From: Octopus sinensis
Lineage: Eukaryota
Direction of reading: 5' to 3'
Assembly: GCF_006345805.1 (NCBI RefSeq)
Contig: NC_043001.1
Location: 71,858,001 to 71,922,000 of the forward strand
DNA length: 64,000 nt
Shown here piece by piece: positions 12,224 through 24,408 of the stretch (within the stretch, counting starts at the first letter, position 1; each line of letters begins with the position of its first letter). The notes below the pieces were generated by a model that was not told where the DNA came from, did no database searches, and saw only the letters and a list, made by a program, of their open reading frames with translations. Both the position numbers and the translations under genes were made by a program.

Positions 12224-12759
12224 TAGGAGCGTGTGAGAGCCCATATTTGTTTTTTGGCTGAATGCTATGGGAACGAAAGTTCTTAGACAGCTCTGAAATG
12301 ACCTGGCATGTCCGTGAAGGTAAAATTAAGTGGAAACACTGGGTCTAACGGTCCTGCGGCGTTTGGAGTTTGCTGTCTTTCACAAAATCGCTAAAGAGAA
12401 TCCTACAACTTGCACCGTTCTACGTTTATAAATGATGCATATAATTTATATAAGCACACACTTTATTAATCCTTCATTTAATTTTTTTAAATAAGTAATT
12501 CTCTTATATCTTCAAACTAATTCATTACATTTATATTCTTTTCCCTTACACACACACATCCAAATTAGAATTTTATTGCAATACAACTGGCTATTTCCAA
12601 TAACCGTTACTTATAACAGCTTCATTTTTATATATTTTTTTTATTTTTCATTATCTTCTCGTGTCATCTTTAAATGTTTCCTCACTAAAACACCCCGTTA
12701 CTGCCCTATATAAAAAGCTTCTTCTCTATCCTACGTAATAATATGTTCTTTATTATTTA

Positions 12760-12878
12760 CATTATTTACATTCGACGGATATTTGTCCTCATCTTGTTTG
12801 TTGTTAACACAACATTTTGGCTTCAGGTGTCTTGGGGAAATTTCGAACCTGGGTTCTCATTCCTAAGGTATTCTTCGA

Positions 12879-12927
<49 letters not shown>

Positions 12928-13003
12928 GTTCAGGTCACTGCTTGGAAGCGAACTCGGAATCTTGGGGTTAGTAGCCCACGTTCTTAACCACTACGCCATA
13001 TGT
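12760..13003 (-). mobile_element. Composite tRNA-headed SINE-like element with internal (AAT)n
   Basis: Minus strand: TGGCGTAGTGGTTAAG (A box)...GAGTTCGCTTCC (B box)-(AAT)n-CATCGAAGAATACCTTAGGAATGAGAACCCAGGTTCGAAATTTCCCCAAGACACCTGA. Confidence 0.65.
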
Positions 13004-13331
13004 AAATAATGTACATAATTCCTTATCTCTTAAATATAGAACTGTAATATGTTCTTTAGTTGCATTGCTTATTATCGATTCGCTGGTTTAGTATTTCTGT
13101 TACAATTCAAGAATATATTATATGGGTTCTTCCACTTCTTTTACATTTCCCTGAAGATGAATTTCCATAGTAGACACAAATTGTATTTTGCCACAAAACT
13201 ATATAGATGTTTGTACGTTGTGTGTGTGTGTGTGTGTGTCTGTGCGTGTGTGTGTGTCTGAGTGTGTGTGTGTGTGAATGTGCGTGTGTGTGCGCGTGTG
13301 TGTGGACGTGGTGTGTGTGTATGTGTGTGCA

Positions 13332-13368
<37 letters not shown>

Positions 13369-13773
13369 ATGTGGTGTGTGTACGCGTGGGTGCGTAATGA
13401 TGTATATTCTTAACGCTTCTGCTGTCATATTTGGTCATCGGAAAATGATGTACGTAAACATTTGCTCTCGTGTCATTAGCGGACTCTCAAACGCCTGTGT
13501 TTCGGTATGGTTGACCCCATTCAATGATGGACATCGCTCAAAAACAAGCGCTTTTATTTATAGAGAAAACCAACATAACATTTGCTGGAATGTGCTAATG
13601 TAAAATAACATCTTTTAGCTATCCCTACGCGCTTATATTATTTATAATTATACCAAGACGTATGCCTGTATAGCTATATAGCTATATTAATGGAGCTAAT
13701 TGTAACTCTACATGAAATTATTGTCTACTTATAGATATATATTTGTAGCTGTAATTATATACATACATATACA

Positions 13774-13865
<92 letters not shown>

Positions 13866-14317
13866 ATATGTAAATATATATTAATGTATGCATTTGTATA
13901 TATGTGCGCATGTATACAAATATTTGTGTATATATGTAGATATGTATGTTGTTGTAGTTATATATAGTTACTACTAAATGTAGCCACAACACTATATATA
14001 TTTTATTTTTATTTTCTTACCTCTCACCCGTCTTCTCTTTAATTCATTCTATTTACTTAGTGTCTTCACAATATCTTACCCTAATTACATAATGTCCCTC
14101 ACAACCCCAAACCGTCTATATTCTTTTTAAATGATTACATAATATCCCTCAATACCTATAACCGTCTATTTTTCAAACCATCATAGTCTTTTAGCATGAT
14201 TTGATTAGCTTAATACCTACCCCTACTACTCCCTTGGACGTCCCATTTTTTTCTAACTTAATGTTTACATTAATTAGATATATGAATAAACTCTCCTCAT
14301 CTATCTTATTCAGTGCG

Positions 14318-14393
<76 letters not shown>

Positions 14394-14929
14394 GGCGTGC
14401 GCAATCATTCATTTTTTATATAAATCAAAAATAAATTTAGCAAAGCAATCTTATTTGTAACTACGTCAAAAAGTCTTCAAAATCATTGAAAACGAAACTA
14501 ACTGGTTAATTTGCTTCGAAAAAGACTGTCATTATTGAAAACACCTCTAGATCCCGTTAAAAATAGCTTCGAAGTCATCCTTTTGTTAGTTCTTTCTAAT
14601 TGGTGTCGCTGAAGACTGACCACACGGTTGAATGGATTTGACCGTTTGACATCAGTCTAAAAATAAAAGCCCTTCGAAAATTCTTTGAAAAATCAGATCG
14701 GCTCTGCCATTCAGGACCAAAGTTTTGCCAACGGAACAAAATTATTTATTCTCTCTTTGATATTTAATTTATTGTTACATTGCTGGACTTTTTTTCATTT
14801 GTCCCATGTAAGTTGAAATTTCTCCTTTTTGACCAATATTTTTCGTTGCTTCATTGATTTATCGAGATTATTTTGTTTTATTCAGACTGACTTTTTAATT
14901 CGCATATTTTAATTCGCATATTTCTTTTA

Positions 14930-15155
14930 TAAAACCTTTTGAACTTATGTCAATCGTATGTCAATTGAAAAAAGAGTTACTTCAACAATTGATTAAAACA
15001 GAAGATTTCTGTGACAATATAATAAATATATTTGCCCTGAAAGATCGAAGAACTGAATTAATTTATAAATGAGTTATGTTAATAATTTTTTGTACATCTT
15101 TCTTAAAATTTTTAAAATCATTAAAACAGCGACCATCATGGGCTCGTTACGAAAC
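14930..15155 (+). mobile_element. hAT-type transposase C-terminal remnant
   Basis: SIVCQLKKELLQQLIKTEDFCDNIINIFALKDRRTELIYK* resembles the IxxFAxxKxRRxxL ending of hAT transposases. Confidence 0.5.
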
Positions 15156-15342
15156 TAATTTGGTTCTCTTGATTAAACAATTCAAAAAATTAATCAGCTC
15201 AACCAATAAGTACGAGGGTGGGTTGAAACGTTCATAGGCTGACTATGAAGAAGTAATGCTAGAAATTTTGCATGCATTCATTTCAACTCTACATATTAAT
15301 AACTGCATTGTTTCCTTTGAGATAAACTAACATCTCACAGTT

Positions 15343-15572
15343 GTGGAGGCGCGTGGCTTAGTGGTTAGGGTGTCAGCATCATGATCGTGGTTTCGATTCC
15401 TGGACCGGGCGACGCGTTGTGTTCTTGAGCAAAACACTTCATTTCACGTTGCTCCAGTCCGCTCAGCTGGCAAAAATGAGTAAGGCTGCGATGGACTGGG
15501 GAACACATCCGCCATAGAAACCGGGAAATCGGGACCATGAGCCTGGCTAGGCTTTTAAAAGGGCGCATTTAG
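15343..15572 (+). mobile_element. tRNA-derived SINE (family C) inside the mariner
   Basis: GTGGAGGCGCGTGGCTTAGTGGTTAGGG...GGTTTCGATTCC head; tail GAAACCGGG...ATGAGCC. Confidence 0.85.
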
Positions 15573-16124
15573 TTTGTGGAGGCACATGGCCTAGTGGTTA
15601 GAGCAGCGGACTCGCGATCAAGGAATCGCGGGTTCGAATCTCAGGCCGGGCGATGTGTGTGTTTATGAGCGAAACACCTAAGCTCCACGCGGCTCCGGCA
15701 GATGGTAATGGCGAACTTAAGGCGGTGAGCTGGCAGAAACGTTAGCACGCCGGGTGAAATGCTTAGCGGTATTTCGTCTGCGTTACACTCTGAGTTCAAA
15801 TTCCGCCGAGGTCGACTTTGCCTTTCATCCTTTCGGGGTCGATAAATTAAGTACCAGTTACGCACTGGGGTCGATGTAATCGACTTAATACCTATGTCTG
15901 TCCTTGTTTGTCCCCTCTGTGTTTAGCCCCTTGTGGGTAATAAAGAAATAGGTAATGGCGAACTTCTGCTGACTCTTTCGCTACAACTTTCTCTCACCCT
16001 TTCCTCCTGCCTCTTGTAGCTCATCTGCGACAGACCGGCGTCCCGTCCAGGTGGGGAACCTATACGCCAAGGAAACCGGGAAACCGGCCATTATGAGCCA
16101 GGCATGGCTCGAGAAGGAACAAAC
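15573..16124 (+). mobile_element. tRNA(Arg)-like SINE (family D), split by a family B insertion
   Basis: TGGCCTAGTGGTTAG...GGTTCGAATCTC head. The same family is on the minus strand at 31285-31590. The whole block 15343-16124 is flanked by AACATCT(C/G)ACAGTT at 15329-15342 and 16125-16138. Confidence 0.85.
15719..15950 (+). mobile_element. SINE family B, full length, with 15-bp TSD
   Basis: TSD GGTAATGGCGAACTT at 15704-15718 and 15951-15965. Confidence 0.92.
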
Positions 16125-17368
16125 AACATCTGACAGTTCAATGAAGACTTTAGCATCGGGGTGTTATCACGTATCTTCTGAAAGAAGCTTTAACCCACAG
16201 GGACGCTGACATGGTTGCTATATTACAGGATGATGCTCCAGCATCTTGAAGATGACCCAATGTCTGGACGTCCCACAGCTTTCATCATCGAGGAAAATAC
16301 CGATCGTGTTCACCACATGTTGATGGATAACAGGCGACTGACTATAAATCGAATAGCCAATGTTATTAGCATATCCTGTGAGAGAGTTGAGAATATTCTG
16401 CACAAGGAACTTGGTATGACGAAGGTTCATGCTCGATGGGTGCCACGTTCTCTGACACCTGATAAATGCACCAAGTTGGTCACATAACGGGAAAATCTGA
16501 CATTGCTTGGGGCAGATCCTAACCCGTGGTGGGTATTAGGTTCACCCCTTTTAGCCAGAGACAAGCCATGCAGTGGAAATACTCCTCTTCACCTGCTCGA
16601 AAGAAAATGAAGGTCGTTTCATCTGCAGGGAAGTTGATGGCCTTAGTCATTTGGTATGCAAAAGGCATTGTATTTATTGACTATCTTCAAAAGGGCCACA
16701 TCATCAATGGAATGCACTATGCCAACATGCTGAGGTATTTACCAAATGCCTGCAAAACTGACGAAATGGGTCTTCTTTCATCAGGACAAGGCTCCAGCAC
16801 AAATGTCTTTAGTTTCAATGGCTTCTATGCACGGTTGTAGCTTTGAACTATATGATCACCATCCCTATTCTCTTGATCTGGCCCTGATCTAGTGTACAAT
16901 CATTTGTACACTAACATAAAAAAACACTTGGCTGGGAACCAGTATCGCAGTGATGATGACGTCGTATCTACTGCCGATAACTTTTTTGGCCGACAGGACG
17001 AAAGCTTCTTCACCGATGGGCTCCAAACACTGGAACATCAATGGAAAATGTGTGTTGACTGCAAGTGGGGTCTATGTTGAAAAATAAACCTCATTTATCA
17101 CATTTCATCTTTTCAATTGACCCTCGTATTTATTGCATGACCAACCTCAAAAGTCACCGCACGCCACTGATATATGTGCGTGTGTATGTATGTGTGTGTG
17201 TGTATGTGTGTGTGTGTGTACGTATGTATGTATGTACGTATGTATGTATGTATGTATGTATATGTCTAAGTATGTATAAAGGGAGAGAAAGCGGCGGAAT
17301 AGGAGATAACTATGCACAAATCCGAAAAAGGAATTACTCTCTAAGTTATAGAGCAGTATATAATAAAC

Positions 17369-17473
17369 TTAGATAAGGCCGGTTTATGGAATCACCTTAG
17401 GTTTCACTTCCATAAAACTAAGCCCTTTATGGACGTGAAACCTTAGGTAATCCCGTAAACCGGCCTTATCTAA
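17369..17473. repeat. 105-bp palindrome (48-bp arms, 9-nt spacer); possible foldback MITE
   Basis: TTAGATAAGGCCGGTTTA...CCATAAA / TTTATGG...TAAACCGGCCTTATCTAA, with 43 of 48 positions complementary by hand count. Confidence 0.9.
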
Positions 17474-17539
17474 CTTTAATATATATATATATATATATAT
17501 AATATATATATATATATAATAAATTTGAGAAGAGAAGAG

Positions 17540-17670
17540 TGGTTGTTTTACGTTTCAAACATAGCTCTTCTTCGGAAACAGCTGACATAGGAAAGTCCAA
17601 GAGGAAAGGAAGAAGGAAGAAAAAATCGCCAACAATGCACGTGTAGGTACATTTTGGAAAAATATATATA
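17540..17670 (-). mobile_element. Penelope-like fragment with decayed hammerhead core
   Basis: Minus strand TGTTT-CCGAAGA-A-GAGC-TAT-GTTT-GAAACGTA-AAACA, with U4 changed to C. It lies about 20 nt from a (TA)n tract. Confidence 0.55.
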
Positions 17671-17689
17671 TAATAATGGCTAAAGATTT

Positions 17690-17927
17690 TACCCGAGTCA
17701 TATAGACTGACTCAAAGGGAAGGTTTCCTGGTTCCGTAGAGCATACATTCCCAACCAGTACGGGACGCCGGTTCGGCACAGGATTACTCATAATTGCCTG
17801 CGGATTGGAGCAACGTGAATCAAGTGTTTTGCTCAAGAACGTTACACGTCGCCCGGTCGAGGAATGGAAACTACAATCATAGTATTCATGAATCCAACAC
17901 CCTAGCCAATACGCCAAGCGCCTCCGC
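17690..17927 (-). mobile_element. tRNA-derived SINE (family C)
   Basis: Minus strand GGAGGCGCTTGGCGTATTGGCTAGGGTG...GTTTCCATTCC...GTTCTTGAGCAAAACACTT. Confidence 0.75.
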
Positions 17928-18243
17928 TTGTGTGCGAGCGTGTGTGTGTGTATGTGTGTATTCGTGTGTATGTAAAGAGAGAAAATGAGAGAGAGAGAGC
18001 TATACTTATTTATATGTATGTTTGTATGCATGCATGTATGTACGTATGTACGGATTACGTATGCATGTATATATGTATGTGTATGCATGTATGTATATAT
18101 GTGTGTGTGCATATATATGTATACACATATGTGTATATATATATATATATTTGTTTATGTATGTGCATATATATACATATGTATATATATATGTTATGAA
18201 TGTACATATATATATCATATATATACATATATATACGTATATT

Positions 18244-18468
<225 letters not shown>

Positions 18469-19035
18469 CGTATATATTTCAACCATGACTATGTGTGTCT
18501 GTATTTTATAACCAGCTTTTACAGATCTCACTGCAACATACGTCAATAAGATAATAGATAAACAAAACAAAACAAAAACAATAATAAAAAATAAGATAAA
18601 ACGTATAAAATCAAACAAATGAAACGTAAAAACGTCTTGTGCTGACCTAGCTTAGAAGGAATGGTCTAATACGAAACAAGATTCTATCATGGACATGGAA
18701 TTCTTTGTAAGCCCTCAATCTGTCTGGAAGTAGAGAGGAATGTTATTTTTTGCCTGTTTGTCATTTAATCAATATGATCAGGACTTGCATCATGTCCGCT
18801 GAAAGTAGTAAAGTAATCACAAGACGACAGACCGTCCACAATGGCTTACTGAGGTGGTTTATTAATTCTATTCACGGTCAACTTATAGCAGTAGTGGAGA
18901 TTTCTATCACCTGTGATCAATATGTGGAGTGGACTTAAGTGTGTGTGCGTATGTGTGTCTGCCTGTGCATGTACGTTTATGTATGTGTGTGCATGTGTGT
19001 ATGTGTATATATATGTGTGTGTATATATATATAAT

Positions 19036-19067
<32 letters not shown>

Positions 19068-19300
19068 ATATAATATATATATGCATATGTATGTATACAT
19101 ACATGAATTTGTGTATATGCGTGTGTGTGTGTGTGTGTAGCTATCCATATATATATACATGTATATAAATATATAGAGAGTATTTTATACATATGTAAAT
19201 ATATATATGTGTGTGTATGTATGCATATATATATATGTGGGTGTGGGTGTGTGTGTGTATGTATGCATATATATATGTATATATATATGTATATATAATA

Positions 19301-19334
<34 letters not shown>

Positions 19335-19340
<6 letters not shown>

Positions 19341-20990
19341 AAATATTAGGGAATAAATCCAAACTTACAGGGAAAAATCAGGTTTAGGATTGAATCCAAT
19401 TTTATAGTAAAATATTATATTATATTAAATTAGAGATAAAACCACTATTAGGCAAATCAAACAATGAAAAACTTAAGCCAATACATAAAATTAATTAATT
19501 TAGATTATTTTAAATATATATCAAAAGTATTAAAAGTTTAATAAAAGATAATGAGTAAAACACTACGATCGTTTCATGGTTGTCCAATTCGTAATAATTC
19601 GAGTTATGGTTACAGTCAATCTTCAGGTAATTGAAATATCTAAAATATAATCAGAAATATTTAAACAATATTTTTAAGATATAAATAATATAATAATTTT
19701 ACTTATAATAAACTCTATTATCAAACTAAAAACATAGAACTTAACAATTATGATTATATCAAAATTGACTATAATGTTAAATATTAATTTTAATTTATAA
19801 GGTAAGAAACCCACCCATAATCTAATATCGGTATTAGTCTATATCTAATTACATAAATATTTAAAAATGACTAATATATATAAATTATCAATGAAAATAT
19901 ATAAATGTATATAAATATTATAACTAAGATCTAAAATAATCTCTATAAATAAATGTATATGCACATATAATAAAAACCTAATAAATTTAATTTTTCATAT
20001 TTAAAGATGAAATAGCTAATTTCAAAATACAAATAAACAAACTTAAACAAACTTTCGGAAATCTTATGTAAAATACTTATAGAAATAATCAATTTGTAGT
20101 AATATAGTATCGAATAAATACTATAAATACTATAAATATAATTATCAATGGGAATAACTAGCGAATATCAATTTAAAGAAATAACTAAGTTACGCTATTA
20201 AATTAGACAAGGCCTGGACCAATCTTTAGTCGAAACATATCTAAGTTTATCAAAGTTTATCTAATTTAATTATAAATTTAAAACTACAATTAATACTATT
20301 AAAACATGTATATACAAAAGCCTAACTTAATACACCTCGTATGCTTGTTATCAAATAACAAATCTATCGCTAAGTAGTATCTTACGAATAAACTTAACTT
20401 AAATTTAATATCTAATAAGATAGAAAATTACAATAATTAGATCATTACATAAACAACGATATTTACATAAGGAGAATATTATTACTCCAAATACTTATAC
20501 AATATTAAAATTTACAATTTGAAGATCTTAAATAAATACATACTTATCTTAGCGAGGTTTAGCAATGAACTAAAATTTTGAATCGGAAAACGTCTTTACA
20601 GCGTTTATAAGAATACTCGTGGAATTACGTTATTAGCAAAAAAAAGAATAAATTGTTGAAGAATTCATTACGCGTGAGGAACCTACGTTTTATTAATGAT
20701 TGTGAATGGGAAAATTATTTGTTTATCATTGTAAATAGAATGAAGTCACAAATAAAGAATAAAATCTCTCTATACTATAATATTTATTAATAAAATAACT
20801 ATGATAAATGAAACTTAATACAAAATAAATTAAATGATTTAAATGATTAAAAACCACTAATTATTAAATATATTCTAAAAAATCTTATAAGATTAATAAA
20901 TATATAAAAATTTATTTATATAGTAACCCCTCAACATACTATAAAGTCTTTCCCATGCCCTTATAATTATAAGCTAAAATTAGTGATCAT
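19335..20990. mobile_element. Extremely AT-rich Penelope-like element remnant
   Basis: Contains a hammerhead motif on the minus strand (19558-19632). Complex, non-microsatellite sequence of about 15% GC, bounded by TA-type tracts. No intact ORF; the PLE assignment rests mainly on the ribozyme motif. Confidence 0.5.
19558..19632 (-). ncRNA. Hammerhead ribozyme motif (type I-like, palindromic stem III)
   Basis: Minus strand TAC-CTGAAGA-T-TGACTGT...ACAACCA-T-GAAA-CGATCG-TA-GTG. ACGATCGT palindrome, GUA triplet, stem II with two mismatches. Confidence 0.6.
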
Positions 20991-21686
20991 AACCAAATCT
21001 ATAAATACTTATCAAAATTTGTAGTATAACTATACATACGTATACATAAATATATAAAAAATATACATACATATACATATATATATGCATATATATATAT
21101 ATATATACATATATATATACATATATATACATATACATATACATATACATACACATATACACATACATACACACATACATACATATACATATATACACAC
21201 ACATACACACATACACATATGTACACTCATACATACATGTACATACATACAATACTCAATATATACACTTACACCTATATATACACACCCACACACATAC
21301 CCATAAATAAATGTATATACATATACATATATATACACACACATCATCATACATACATATATACATACACACACAACCACATATATCATATAATAAATAC
21401 ATATATAAATGTCTATAATCATACTACAATACAAAATAAAGGTAAATATTAAGTTAAATCTAAATAATTAATCTACTAATCTATACTTCTATATTAAATA
21501 AAATAGATTAAATAAACAACTAAATAAATATATTTCAAATATAAAGAGATTACATACAAATAGATTAATATAACAAAAATTATAATTTAACGAAGTTATA
21601 ACATATATATATATGAATACATACATATATATATATATATGTGTGTGTATGTATATATATACATATGTGTATATATATATGTATAT

Positions 21687-21754
<68 letters not shown>

Positions 21755-22195
21755 CATATATACATATATATATGCATACATACGCGTATATATATAAGTA
21801 TATATTGCTGTATGTGTGAAAATGGTTGTATTTATATTTATGTCAATGCGTGTGCGTGTGTTGTATGCGTGTGTGAATGTGTGCATGTGTCGTGTGTGTG
21901 TGTGCGTGAGTGTGTGTGTGTATCTGAGTGCGTGTGTGTGAAATGCACTTGTATTTACCTGAACAAAGGCCTCCATATATGACATAGAAACATTTTAAAT
22001 AATAAGATGTTTAGCAGCCATTCCAAAGTTTCACCAAAATATGTTTTTTTCAAACTCTGTAAAATATTTGAAATTGGACATATAAATAAATGTAAATGGT
22101 TTGGAATGTGGAATGGTTTTCGTGGAAATCGGAGGGGCTTAATAAGTGTAAGAAAATGAAAATACCAACAAATAGATATACCTGGAATTTGATGG

Positions 22196-23775
22196 TACAG
22201 TAGAACCTTGTAGTACGAGTGCACCATTGTGCGAGTAATTTGCTGCTTGAGTGAAAATTGCAGTACAAGCGAGTCTCATAGAAGCGACCGCTTGTGAGCG
22301 TTGAGCTTGCACACACTCTCCCAACAAGCGCAGCCTCCGCTCGTTCAGTTCACGTGTTCATCTTGTGGCAACATTCCTGTTGTGTTTTTTCCAGTGTTTT
22401 TGTTTTTTTAATTTTTGCGTTTTTCTTTTTTTTGCTATTATTTTATAATAATTAGTTGTGTTAGCCATTATTTGTCCTAAGAATATTAGGACAGTGCTGA
22501 GAAGAAAAAGCTGATTACGATAGAATTGAAGAAGAAAATTATTGAGAGAGGAGTGCATGTAGTGGACATAGCACTCAATACGACCAAAGCACATCGACGC
22601 TCTGCACCTCCTGAAGAAAAAGGACGAGATCAAGGCCGTGACAACAGCAAAGTATCTACAGGTTGTGCAGCTGCTTTATTTAATGACACTGCTCTGGCGC
22701 ATTTTCGTAACATTTTCAAAGACAGGGAAAATGTATTGGGTTGTCCGGAAAGTTCGTGTCGATTTATAGTAGCCTACATTTCGACTTATTTTAGAACATG
22801 GTTGAGTCCATAAAATAGGATTTGACTATACCTCCATTTAGAGCACAGTTTAAGCTATCTTTTCGTAGAAGAAGATTTATGTTTCTACAACCTGTGTTAA
22901 TTCTGTAACCCTTTAAAATGGAAGATAAGAAAGTTCATTTTCGGCACTTGATGATTTGGGAACCAGAAAAAAATTGTTGCAGCCCGGCTGAGATGTGTTA
23001 CCCCACCCTCCATAATCATCAGATATTGTTCCTTTGGATTTCCACTTATTCAGGTCTTTGTAGAATAGTCTTAACGGTAAAAAATTTCAATTCCTTGGAT
23101 GGCGTAAAAAGATACCTTGATGAATTCTTTGTCATGAAACCACTTCAATTCTAGGAAGAGAGTATTTTCGAGTTAATGGAAATATGGAGACGTATTGTGC
23201 AACAAAATGGTTCATATTTGGTTGATTAAAAATGTAATGGCAAGTATTTATTGACCTTTTTCGTTCCTTTAAAAATCGGCACGAACTTTCCGGACAACCC
23301 AATAACTTCTCGATATATGTTTCTAATGAAACGACCTGCAAGTGTGAAAAATGAAGAAAGTGTGTCCAAAAAGCCTAAATTTAGCGAAGTGGGAGAGAAA
23401 ACGCTAAAAATTGTTCTTCCTCGAGTGTTAATGGAAGGAGATTCTCCTTCCAAACAATACTTCTCCATCTCCCTGCTCCATCGTCTTCCTTGCGCACAAT
23501 TAGTCCCATCTTTAAGGTAATTAGATTAATAAAACCAGTTTATATACTTTGCATTTTCTTTTATCATGTTTTTATAATTGTCATTTTCCTTGTTACCGCA
23601 CCTTTTCTATTTTAAAACCCATAAAAAATTAAATTTGGGTGTTTCTTTGGGGCTGGAATGAATTAATTATATTTTAATTAATTTCAATGGGGAAATTTGA
23701 TTGATTAATCGCGTAAATCGTAAAATGAGCTCGGTCATGGAACGAACTAAACTCGAACTGCGAGGTATCACTGTA
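22196..23775 (+). mobile_element. Tigger/pogo-like internally deleted transposon
   Basis: TA-CAGT...ACTG-TA ends. N-terminal remnant EKKKLITIELKKKIIE..GVHVVDIA (CENP-B/psq-like HTH). C-terminal remnant AALFNDTALAHFRNIF...LMKRPAS. Confidence 0.75.
22734..23304 (+). mobile_element. mariner deletion derivative (571 bp) nested in the Tigger-like element
   Basis: ITRs TATTGGGTTGTCCGGAAAGTTCGTG / CACGAACTTTCCGGACAACCCAATA. MEDKKVHFRHLMIWE is joined directly to the transposase C-terminus (GVKRYLDEFF...VQQNGSYLVD*). Confidence 0.92.
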
Positions 23776-24408
23776 TTTAGATTTTGGTTCCAAACGAAGT
23801 ATATGATACCAAACAGAGGGTCAAGGTAGTTGCGAGAAATAATGTATATGTATTAGTGGAAAAGATGTACGTGTTTAAAAGGTATAGTACAGCATATACT
23901 GTTTTAGTGTTTGGAAGATTACAGCGTTATTAAAAATTTGAATAAAGATGTATAAGGATGTCAATTAAAATTAAATTTAGAAAAGAGGTGACGAAGGATA
24001 ATTTTAGCTAATTGGCAATATATTATTTCAAAGATAAATGGTATGGGGAGTTTAGTCGTATAAAAGATAAATAACTAATTAAAACTGTTTTATAGAAATT
24101 CATTGATAGTACTACCATACTTTTCGACATATAAGTCGAATTTTTCTTACTAAAATTTACAGCCAAATAAAGTAGGTTGACTAATAACCCAAGACAACTT
24201 CGGAGGACCAAAAATTCCAAGTGAAATGCAACAGGATTTGGAAAGCGAGTGTTTACATTGCCACTACATACTACGTCGGCTTGTATGCTGGAGAATACGA
24301 GTAAATTAAAATAGCTAACTGATATATTGTATTGTTAAGATATTATTTTAATCTTGAATAAGGTTTAGATGACTAAGCAGCTAACCTAAACAAATAGTGC
24401 TTTCTATT

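Larger units (their letters stand above)
15211..17128 (+). mobile_element. mariner (DD34D-like) transposon with decayed transposase, interrupted by SINEs
   Basis: ITRs TACGAGGGTGGGTTGAAA / TTTTCAATTGACCCTCGTA with TA ends. Motifs EDDPMSGRP, ARWVPRSLT, SAGKLMALVIW..KGIVFIDYLQKG, HPYSLDLA. Confidence 0.9.

Noticed and set aside
12227-12319. AG...GT-bounded segment after the (TTAC)n tract as an exon
   Set aside because: All three frames contain stops. A UTR or first-coding exon cannot be supported without RNA data.
15575-15655. tRNA-Arg gene (also the heads at 31520-31590 and 62940)
   Set aside because: No acceptor-stem pairing, and the sequence continues into a repeated SINE body.
19335-20990. 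Mitochondrial insertion (NUMT), suggested by AT-richness
   Set aside because: No mitochondrial protein, rRNA or tRNA motif was recognised, and the hammerhead motif points to a PLE.
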